In this document: in pieces, positions 54,083 to 64,000 of the stretch | Layout of the letters: the number at the start of each line of letters is the position of its first letter | How positions within the stretch are numbered: the first letter of the stretch is position 1 | DNA from: Rotaria socialis | Taxonomy: Eukaryota | Assembly: GCA_905331295.1 (NCBI GenBank) | Contig: CAJNYD010000039.1 | Coordinates: forward strand, 248,001 to 312,000 | Reading direction: 5' to 3' | Length of the DNA stretch: 64,000 bases | Made by a program: the position numbers and the translations under genes | The notes under the pieces: model-generated | What the model saw: the letters and a program-made list of their open reading frames with translations, nothing else | What the model was told of the DNA's origin: nothing | Databases searched by the model: none

Positions 54083-55421
54083 TCATACACCTTGAGGCCA
54101 TAGGAGATGATTTTTTGTACTATTGGTTGTCCCAATAATGGCACTCATATATTCTTTGGCTTTAATACGTAAATGAGCAATTGAATTAACATTATTATTT
54201 GGATTTAAATTTGTTGCTTCATTGATCATATCATTGGTGTCTGAAGAAAATGAACCATATGAATGATGAAATGGTGGGGAAGTTGGATATGCCGACGATG
54301 AATAAAGGGAGGATACATTACAATTTGTTGGAAAAAACGGTATATTATTTGAATTATGAGAACCATTTGTATTTGTTGAATATGATGATGTTGCGAAGGA
54401 TGAAACAAGCCATGGATCCAATGGTAGTGTTGATGAACCAGGGGATGACGACGAAGGATTTGTTGGTCGAGATGTTGGAGGAAAACTTGACATGGGAAAA
54501 TCAGGATTTATCTTTAATGTACTTGCTTCAGCTTTCTCTTGTCGACGCCATTTCGCACGACGATTTTGAAACCTTTAATTGAATTTCATAGGATTATTAT
54601 ATGGAAATGAGACTCTTATCTATATATATATAATCATCTACGTTAAGTTCTCATTCTTAAATTATATATAACTTTAATCAGAGAACACTTTTGAGGAGAG
54701 AATTCTATTTTTTATAGATTTTAAAATATCTTACCAAACTTGTACTCGCACTTCTGGTAAACTAATTTTGCCTGCTAATTCCTCTCTATTGTAAACATCA
54801 GGATAGTCTATAAGATAAAATAGAATCAATCAAGAATAATTAATATAATTAAACAAAAACCCATCATACGAGATTTTTCAAAAGCTCGTTCAAGCTCATG
54901 TAATTGAAATGTTGTAAATGTTGTACGATTTCGACGATGTTTCTTTTTTGAATTATTTTGTTGATTTGATAACAATCGATCGTCACTGTCATTATCATCA
55001 TCGTCTAAATCGTCGACTTCATCTTCTGAATTACCGTTACATTTACTAGTACTCAAAACATCAATATCAGTATTCGTACGACGAATAGCTTTACCTATTT
55101 GAGAATGAAAACAAGCATATCATTTTATTTTATTTTATTTTCTGATCACTTACTATCAGGATAAAGTTCATTGGAACTTCGTTTTTTATCCAGAAACTTT
55201 TGTTGATTAAATTTTGATGATGACATACGATGAGAAGGAGGAAACAAATGCTGTTGAGGGTATTGTTGACGGTGTTGTTGATGATGATGATGATGATGAC
55301 CATCCAAATTTTTAATACCTAGAATAGCTTCTATTGAATGGATGGCTTTCAAATCATCATTTGTTGGTGGAATCATTGAAATAGAATTTGTCGACAACGT
55401 CTTGTGTGTACTACTTTTCAT
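54083..55421 (-). CDS. rx: Retinal homeobox protein Rx (351 aa, 4 exons: 55421-55154, 55094-54870, 54807-54735, 54572-54083)
   Basis: Octapeptide HSIEAILG; homeodomain [64 protein letters not shown]; Rx domain [23 protein letters not shown]. Confidence 0.95.
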
Positions 55422-58102
55422 TCTATCTATTTTCTTTTTGTGTTCGTTTGCCTGTAGTAATAGTAATAATGATGAGTATTCTCTTATTTTTTCTCTCTTT
55501 GCGCTACTCCGTTGTTTTTTTAATTTATTTAATGAATAATCTAATAATGGCCGTGATGAATGGGGGGTGGTAGTGCAACGACAACGGCGACAAAAAAGAA
55601 AAAGAACGTAAAATGAGCAGAAAAAGAAGAGAGAAGCAAAACATTAATCAACAACGTCACCCTTTCTTTCCTTCTTTTTCTTCTTTCTCTCTATTAATTT
55701 TGTTCCTATTCGTCAAAAACTCAACGACAGGACGAATAGTAAAGGCGGATGTAATTATAGACTGGCACAACCAATGATCATCGTCATTACTTTAACATTT
55801 CTGTCAGCAAATTGAATCGATGTATTAGAAAATAAATGAATTTTTTTCATATAGACATAAAAAACAAGAAAAGAAAATTTAATATTAATGGTAAGCTTTT
55901 TTACATGAGAAAACAAATAAATTGAAGGTTAATTCAATCAAAACCTTAACAAAATTGATTTTACATCTTTTAATCGATTTATAAAAGTCTTTTACCTCGC
56001 ATAAAAGAAAACATAAATTAAAATATCTTTATTGACTATGATTTCTTATTCCTTTGTTTCATAAACTAGTCCCATGATGGTCACTTAAGTAAAATAGCAA
56101 GATAATGCATCATCACGCATTGATTGTCTGTATTTAATGTTGATCAAATTAGATGAAAAAAATTCGATTTGTTAACAAGACAAGAAGAAGAAGAAGAATA
56201 AGAAAAAAAAAAGACAGACAAGTATCTCTCAATGGCTAAACACCGATACATCTGCTGGGCATAGATTGAGATTAAGTGGATGACGTCTTTTTTCTTCTAC
56301 ATCTTGCTTTTTGATGTGATTGAGTCTACTTGATTTTAATTAGCAGTTTCTGTACGGACAGTTTTATTTCTCAATCCTGCTGTGTGAAAAGTCAATTAGC
56401 TTTAATGAGTCAAGCTCGTTTCTTTCATCGTCATACAAAAATGACATGATGATGATGACAAAACTATAAAGAAAAAGAAATAGAAAGAATGAACCTTGTC
56501 GTTGACAATTAACATCATCATTACATGTAGCTATGTATAAGGCTTTTCTCACCTGATTCTTGTTATCTATAACATGCAACATACAGTTTGTTTCATTGAT
56601 ATTGATCATTTAATGATAATGTTCTACCGGAAATTTGTCTTTTTTTTCATTTCGAGATCAAATTTTTTTAATCAAATGAATAAAAGCGTGAAGTCTATTT
56701 GCTCCTTCAATGATTAGCTATTTCGTTAGTCTACTGCTGTCAACAGCAATTTCCTGACATGATGTGTGATTTTATATCTTAGTTAATATAAAGCGAAGAT
56801 TAAATTCAGCACTATAATCGAATATACACTTTCACTAGTCTATTGATTTGCTAACTAAATTAGAGAGCAGAGCTCTTTATTTTCATTAACGGTGTGACCT
56901 ATCTTATAATATTATTTTCAATCATTATCAAATTGACAAGTTGTCGTTTTTCCTTTCTTTAGGTATTTTATTTCAATTATCGTCAAAAATGAAAAGATTC
57001 TATGATGACACATAGCATCGTTTTTTTTCTTCGTCTTCTTCTATTTTTAATCAATTTATGATAATGTGAAAATGGGCTCTTTTTTTTATTTTATTTCTTT
57101 AATGAAATGAAAAGATTGAAGATTTTTATCAAATGTCAAATTATGTAAATTGTCCTTTTTTTTTGTTAATTATTATTATTAATTATTAAAACAGCAATAG
57201 TTGTTTTCTTAATTACAGCGAAATAGCCGATTCAATCGTGACCGTTTTCTTATTTTTAATTAATAAATCATGTGTGAGCTAATGAATTCATTTGATAATT
57301 TCCGTATATAGTTTTTTTTCTCCTTTAATTGAAATAATACTGAGAAAATACCTCTATAAGTGATAGTTTTGCAAAAAAAAATTAACAACCTTCAAGCCAA
57401 TCTAAAATATCCACGAAAAGCACTTATCTATCAAGGACAAATAATATACGTATAAGAATGATAATTTTATTGGACTTTTAAGGACACGTAACGTCTAGTA
57501 ATTAAGCTCTTTCGACTAGCGACCATGTGCATGACATAAATAGAAATGAACATTGAGTATTCTAAAAAGTATTTTTTTTTATATTCTCAGCTGATTTCTA
57601 TTCAAATAATGTAGTTATCGATTTTTTCAAAATAATAGCAAATTTCCATCGGGAAAAAATTCTTCTTATTATGGCCTTTGTCGGTACAAGTTTTTGTAGA
57701 CAAAACCAGGAAATTAGGACATTCCTAAAGAAGCGTCCATATCGCGTCTAGTTAAAGAATACTTTCAAAATGTAGCATATCTCTGAAGGAATAACTGAAA
57801 GATTAAAGATTATTTCAGAATATTAAATATTCTTTATAAACTAAATGATGGACATTGTATCGAGGCAAAAATTAATTAAATAATTAAGAGAATTCCTTGA
57901 TCAATGATTGGATTTAATATTAATGTCAACAGTAAGAATTAAACTGATATCTGCAGAATCTTAAAATTTCATATGCGATGCCATTTTATAGCAAATAAAA
58001 TTCTAATCTGACTATTTACCAGCGAAAAAGTTGAATGTCTAAGGGATGGCAAAATTTTAGACCCTCCAATATCCGACATAAAGAAATTAACTTTTCTTTT
58101 TA

Positions 58103-58958
58103 CATGTGAGCCAATTTATTGATCTGATATAATCATTCAGTAGATCTATATATGTGATGCATTAAGATGTGATCACTGCATTTGGTCTTCTCTGATATAC
58201 GTGTAGAAATGGATAGGAAGAAAACGTTGCTGTGGCATAATTCATTATAGATCACCGAACGAAAAATATATATTCTCTACTTTTAAAGCGCATCTAATCT
58301 TCAACTTCGATATAGTATCACGCTACTAAATGCAATCTATCGTATGTTAAGTCCTAATGTTTTTAGGATACTTTTTTTCAAATAAGTTTTGACTGTTTCA
58401 AGTAGAACAAGATGTGCTCTTTTCAACTATGTTGCTTGTTTTAGTTTTTGAGTTAGCATGATGGCTATAATCTAGAATTTTCTGTAGAATCCTCTACAAA
58501 ACACAAGAGCTCACTTGATTTTTGAAGCGAAATTCTTTTGAAATTCGTTTCTTATGGCATGATTTCGACTCTAATGATGTTAGCTCGAGACGTGACTTCT
58601 AGTTCCTAAGTTTGAATTTGACAGGGATCGCGAAAAGATAATCTCTTGACTGAATAAGATCAGGAAATGTCGAAAGTCTGGAGATTTTAATTTAATCAGA
58701 CGCCAAATAGAATAAGAACGATAGATTGCATTTAGTAGTGTAATACTATATCGAAGTGGAAAATTAGATGCACTTTAAAAGTAGAGAATATGTACTTTTC
58801 GTTCGGTGATCTATAATGAATTATGCCACAGCAACTTTTTCTTCCTATCCATTTCTACACGTATATCAGAGAAGACCAAATGCAGTAATCACATCTTAGT
58901 GCATCACATATATAGATCTGCTGAATGATTATATCAGATCAATAAATTGGCTCACATG
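58103..58958. mobile_element. Non-autonomous Tc1/mariner-like element, 856 bp, with 241-bp TIRs
   Basis: TA|CATGTGAGCCAATTTATTGATCTG... and ...CAGATCAATAAATTGGCTCACATG|TA. The arms 58103-58343 and 58718-58958 are near-perfect reverse complements. No ORF in the spacer. Confidence 0.9.
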
Positions 58959-59160
58959 TATGGATTTTTAATAAGAGTTTGTTGCCCGGAGTAAACATTC
59001 ATCTTTAAATAGCTGACAAATATTAATATGCAGTTTGAAGATAACCTTTTATTAATTAATTTGTCAAAATCAAAATTTGAATTAATGTTTTGAGATCAGA
59101 TTATAATTGATTCGAAAGTTATTTTACACTCAAACCTACCCTACCAGTTGTAGTCGAAAT

Positions 59161-59572
59161 TAGGGGTGTCACATTTAAATTTAACTAAATTTAAATTAAA
59201 TTGTTTGAATTTCAAATTAGTTAAATTTTGAAAGCTAGTAGATAAACATAGTTTTTGTCTTGATTGCTACTATTTAAAGTCAAATTTGAGTATGTTTCCT
59301 TTTTTTCTAAAGTTAAAGTTTCTACGAATTATGCTATTAAATATATTTTTATGAGTATCCCGGTATTTTGAACAAGAAAGATGACGAATCCTACATAATC
59401 TGTAGAGAAATTTTGACTATTATGAACAAATATTAACCTAAAATATTAAGTTCTCCTTTCATTTAGTATTTACTACTGTTAAAGTCACGTATTTCCCTCA
59501 TAGCAATGATGTGTATCCATCCAAACAATTTTTTTAAATTTAAATTAAATAAACTGTAAATTGACATCCCTA
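59161..59572. mobile_element. hAT-family MITE (412 bp) with 8-bp TSD
   Basis: GTCGAAAT|TAGGGGTGTCA ... TGACATCCCTA|GTCGAAAT: perfect 8-bp TSD (59153-59160, 59573-59580), 11-bp TIR with 1 mismatch, and subterminal TTTAAA(T) repeats. Confidence 0.9.
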
Positions 59573-60306
59573 GTCGAAATCATTACTAGGATTTTAGAAT
59601 AATTTCAATTTTTTCTTATTTGATAAAAAAAAAATTTATTAGAAGAAAATATGTCAGATGACCCTTCTATAAAATTTGTTAACTGATGTATAATACCCGA
59701 CTTGAATGTGAAGAAATACTTTGTTTTAGTAAGGATAGATGATAGAAATACAGGCAATGAATGATAATTCTTTAAAGCGAAAAACAATCGCCTTACCATT
59801 TAGATCGATGACGTATGGAAAAATATATAAATTAGAAGAGCCCACTTTTGCAGAATAAATTACTGATATAAAAAAAGAACATTTTTCGTCAGTAGTTCTA
59901 GGATCTCTTGAGTTGAAGAGGACGAACGTTGACCCTGTTTCATCTAGTAAAATATAATTTCATTTTTTTTCTTCATTACTTTTATTGCAACATAAATAAA
60001 TACATAAATTGTTCAAAAATGAAAATAAAATAAAAAAACAACAACGAAAAACAGAATGATTTCAAAATTTGTTGGCGTCTTTCAATATATTGTTCTTTTA
60101 CACTTCTGAGTAATTAGAGAAAAACAAAGAATCTCTCAAAAGTATATCAATAATGATTCAATATTTGATTCTTTTACTTAACAAAAGAAATCAATTGAAT
60201 GAAATTTTTGCTTTTTTCACTTAATCCGGAGCTGCAATTATATATGTCTATATATTTTTTTTCGTGCGCGATACTCTTAATGCACTTACGAAACATCTGA
60301 AAAATG

Positions 60307-61599
60307 TCATGCAACCATTGGTTGTTTAGTTTGTTTATTAGTTCGTGTGAAAGATAAACGAGTTGTACTTTCTCGTCTTGCTCCAAAACTCGATTGAGTT
60401 GTATTTGAATCACGTTTCCGAATACTCATTACCGAAGACATTCGACGTGACGACGCTATGGACATTTTATGCATTGATGATGGCGGCTGTCCTGGATGAA
60501 AAACTAGTGGAGCAATTGGCTTTGCACAAATAGGTACGAATGGTATACGATATGATGACGATACTTGTGGTTCTAATAAATGTAACATGTGTGTTGATTC
60601 ACTAATTGATGGCAAACGATTCGGAAGATATTGCGAACGAGTAGGTACTGTTGACTTTTTACTAGTTTGAAGAGTTGGTACAGCTGAAAACATGAAATAT
60701 TTGTCAAAAGAAAAACAAAAAGCTGATCTCTTTATAAACTTACGTAGTAGATGAAAATTTTTTTCAGTTAAACTTTTTGTTAATGTTCTCAGTTTTGCAA
60801 CTGTTTTCCAATCATTGAAGTTTCTTGCTCTCTCGATTCTCGATTCAATGAAATTATAAATTTCCAATGAATCAAGTACGAATACAGTTGATGATTCGTA
60901 TGATGATAATGATGTCATATTAGTTTTTGTATTTAGTGTTGTTGTAGTTCTCAATCGATTTGTTTGTGTTGTTTTCGCTCGAAACGTTCCCGTTGTTTTC
61001 AATCGATCTAATGATGGACGATGTTGTAAAAATGAAATATCTCTTGAAAGAATCATTGTTGATCTATTTGCTTGAGATAAATATTCTGCCAGAGTAAAAT
61101 AACCAAGCTTTGCAGCTAATTCTTCTGGTGTATTGTTATAGCTATCTTTTACATCGAATCTTATACGGTATCGAACAAAATAACGGACAATAGCATGTAC
61201 AATAGCCTCATTTCCATGTTCAATTGCATAATGTAATGAACATAAGCCTAAATTATCTATTTTAAGTATATTAAGTTCACCTGGATATGCATCTAGTAAA
61301 TGAAGAGCTTCTTGTGTACAATTAAGATTTGTTGCCCAATTGAAAAGATTTTTATTATAATAATCGACTATATTTACGTCAATTTTACATTCTAATATTA
61401 AATATTGAAATATTTTAAGGCGTTTTGCTTCGTATAGAGGATCCTGAGATTTTTGCTGTTTGAGTAGATGGATAAGTAAATTTTGTCCAATATTGTTTTT
61501 AATATGAATATTATGACCATGTTTAACGCAATCGATAATTTTACGTAAATCAAATCGTTCAATAGCATCAATAAGAAATCGTTCGTATTTAAACGACAT
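60307..61599 (-). CDS. Ankyrin-repeat protein (about 410 aa, probable in-frame 60-nt intron 60743-60684)
   Basis: NNIGQNLLIHL, DVNIVDYYNKNLFNWA, DNLGLCSLHYAIEHGNEAIVHAIV and KDSYNNTPEELAAKLGY are ankyrin-type repeats, followed by an S/T/R-rich tail. First ATG at 61599. The intron is GTAAGT...TTTTCAG. Confidence 0.8.
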   Translation of the reverse strand: MSFKYERFLIDAIERFDLRKIIDCVKHGHNIHIKNNIGQNLLIHLLKQQKSQDPLYEAKRLKIFQYLILECKIDVNIVDYYNKNLFNWATNLNCTQEALHLLDAYPGELNILKIDNLGLCSLHYAIEHGNEAIVHAIVRYFVRYRIRFDVKDSYNNTPEELAAKLGYFTLAEYLSQANRSTMILSRDISFLQHRPSLDRLKTTGTFRAKTTQTNRLRTTTTLNTKTNMTSLSSYESSTVFVLDSLEIYNFIESRIERARNFNDWKTVAKLRTLTKSLTEKNFHLLRKFIKRSAFCFSFDKYFMFSAVPTLQTSKKSTVPTRSQYLPNRLPSISESTHMLHLLEPQVSSSYRIPFVPICAKPIAPLVFHPGQPPSSMHKMSIASSRRMSSVMSIRKRDSNTTQSSFGARRESTTRLSFTRTNKQTKQPMVA

Positions 61600-63671
61600 T
61601 ACTTTAATATCTAAATAGAAATGTGACAATGTCTCTAATTGTTGATTTTACTCGAGAAAAATAATACGCCTTTGAAAAACGATGCAAATGAGTAAAAAAA
61701 TAACATCATGCAAGTTACTTTGACAATATTTCTATGAACATTTTCTGTTTTGCTAAACATGAAAAGGATTAAATTTTTTTATTATGTTTTTCTTTTGTTT
61801 GTAACGATAGGAGAATAAATCTCTTATATTCGCAATAAAATTGTAGTTAGATTTGGCGGCTTTACTCGTTATGCGAGGTATGCGTTTATGTTTTCTTCCT
61901 TTCTTTCTCGAGTGACGAGAAACAAAAAGAAACCGTGATCAATATGCACACGGATTGAGGAGTGTAGTACACTTACTATTTTGCAATAATAATCATTATT
62001 TTCTTTTTCTATATGTGCGTGCGCGTACAAGTTTCAAAAGATGTTTTTGGCCATCGATATATTATCGACAGTATAAAGATCAAATGTCTTCAAATATTTA
62101 GCAAGTCACTCAGGAAGAATGATAATGTCGTTTGCTTAGGACATGATTAAATCTAGGTTATCGCATTATCGATTACTGATGTACGTCATCTGGCGTGAAA
62201 GAATATTCTTACGCCTTTGAAATTATTTGGTTATGAAATTATTTTCTCACTCTAGAGAAAAATTCGACTATGAGGAATCAACCAATGTATTACGAATGAT
62301 CGCTGTGATATTTATAATGGTATCGGGTTATAGTTCGATCTCGTAGTCGATTTTATCTCTGTATAATGACTAGAGCATCTTATATCGAATCATTTGAAAT
62401 GAAACTTTTCTAATGTTATGAAGAGACGAAAAACTTCTGAGAAAAATAAAAAATAATATGACAATTACACTCAGGATTATAATAAGTTGAGCGGCAAAAA
62501 CAAATTTGCAATTATCAAAATATTTCTATTAAGAAATATCAAGATTTTCTATAGTTACGAAACACAGTTTTATATACCTCACCGAGTCATTTGTCTTCCA
62601 ATTACAAAACAATGCTACGCATTCTTTTATGACTTCTTGTGTAAGGTATATAATTATGTACGCATGTGTTGACGAATATCACAAGTTTCTTCTTGTTTAT
62701 TGACGATAAGAAAAGGAATCCTGTTAATTTCATTTAATATTTGCAGCGATTTTAAGCGTATAGCAAAATGCTGATGTTGATCTAGTGCATAAACGAAGTT
62801 TTAGTTAATCTGCTCTATTTGCATTGCTATGCCGTAAACTGATCGATAGAAAAAAAAATGGGTAAAGCATCGCGTGCCGTTGTTTGAACAAATTTTTAAT
62901 CTTTTCTTTTCTCGTTCTTTCTTCAATCACAAAAATTAGAAAAAAAGACGAGATTTTTATTGTATATCAAGAGCCATTGTTTTATGATTTTTCTTCTTCT
63001 GCTCCTGTCTCATGTACTCGATAGTGTCTGTTATTTCTCAACAAAAGTAAATATTATGGAAAATTAAATGAAAGGAGCAAAAGATACACAATACAATTTT
63101 TTTCCATTATTTAAATTTTCTCTTTTTTAAAAACAACATTGATTGATGTCTAAACGCATACGAAAATATTCTTATGGTACGGTATTAACACTAACAATCA
63201 AATTAGTCTTTTTTTGCAACTCATACAATACGCAGAAGACTATTGGGTTTTCTACGAATCGCATGTATGAATAATCTGTATTATGGGCGACGCTATTTTT
63301 ATCAATACTTGGTATTTTTCGGAGATAAATCTTGATAATAATATGATTTGTGTCAAAAAAACCGAACTTATTTGATCTACGATTGGAAGTTAAAAGCCGA
63401 GTGATGAAAAATACGTTTCTTGATCAATTCTCACTGAAGAATCATTCGATCGAAAATCATCAAAACTGTGCCTAACTCGAAAAGGCAATGGTTATAAGCA
63501 TGGATTCATAGTTTTTTAGGTTATCTAGTCTCAAACAATTACGATTGACTAGACAAATCGTATTTAACGAATGCCTCAATAATTGAAACTGATGCAAGAG
63601 AATATGTCCGAAAATGAAATGTACAGCAAATAATATTCAGATAGCCCAGCATTCACATGCGAATAGTTTGA

Positions 63672-64000
63672 TCACTTTTTATGCATAGTATTATTCGTAT
63701 TCTTTTCTTTTTGTATATTTCGTTGCTGTCTTTTAACCCAGAATATAACAGTCAACATGGTCAATATAATCAACACACCAAGATAAATAACTAAAACTCC
63801 AACATTGATTCCGAAACGAGAATGTGAATTAAACAGAAGATGCCGACCACCATTCATTGCCTGATACAATGGTGTTGCGTATCCATAGCGAAAGAATCGT
63901 GGTGAAAGCTCAAGTGATATTTGAATGGTAGCAGCTGACACCATAATAATAACAATAGCCACAAGAAAAAGATTGGAAAATACGCCAAAATTTGTTAGAA
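63672..64000 (-). CDS. 3' end of an SNG1/DUF3533-like multi-pass membrane protein (continues beyond the window)
   Basis: LELSPRFFRYGYATPLYQAMNGGRHLLFN...GINVGVL between TM helices resembles the DUF3533 C-terminal motif (EL.P.FYRWGYA.P.HN....R.I.F...LG.N.GIL). The frame is open to the window edge. Confidence 0.6.
   Translation of the reverse strand, partial: LTNFGVFSNLFLVAIVIIMVSAATIQISLELSPRFFRYGYATPLYQAMNGGRHLLFNSHSRFGINVGVLVIYLGVLIILTMLTVIFWVKRQQRNIQKEKNTNNTMHKK

Noticed and set aside
61600..61655. Acceptor AG just upstream of the ankyrin gene ATG (and similarly of GIGYF) as further trans-splice sites
   Set aside because: Plausible cis donors exist upstream in both cases, so ordinary 5'-UTR introns explain them.

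Overview
This is AT-rich eukaryotic (animal) genomic DNA with many short (about 45-80 nt) GT-AG introns. It is most consistent with a bdelloid rotifer; that is an inference from intron size and the mix of metazoan genes with foreign-looking genes. I rebuilt exon chains by hand with splice phases checked. The genes are: a giant intronless FG-GAP/VCBS repeat protein (cut by an assembly gap, one frameshift), a GT25-like glycosyltransferase, a GluN3-like NMDA receptor subunit with unusual gate and ligand-site residues, a 107-aa orphan, Frizzled 5/8, an RNF212/Zip3-like RING protein, GIGYF, NDUFA7, an SSX2IP/ADIP-like gene, Rx homeobox, an ankyrin-repeat protein and the 3' end of an SNG1/DUF3533-like membrane protein. 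Intergenic and intronic DNA carries five non-autonomous DNA elements with visible TIRs (piggyBac-like, two Tc1/mariner-like, hAT-like, one GATTC-repeat element), an LTR plus PPT fragment and a decayed kelch-repeat pseudogene. The most interesting candidates are a possible trans-spliced operon (SSX2IP-like to NDUFA7), the divergent GluN3-like channel, a meiotic crossover-type RING gene, and a 5-nt shift of the conserved PRD-class homeobox intron in Rx. All family assignments come from motif recognition; no database search was run.
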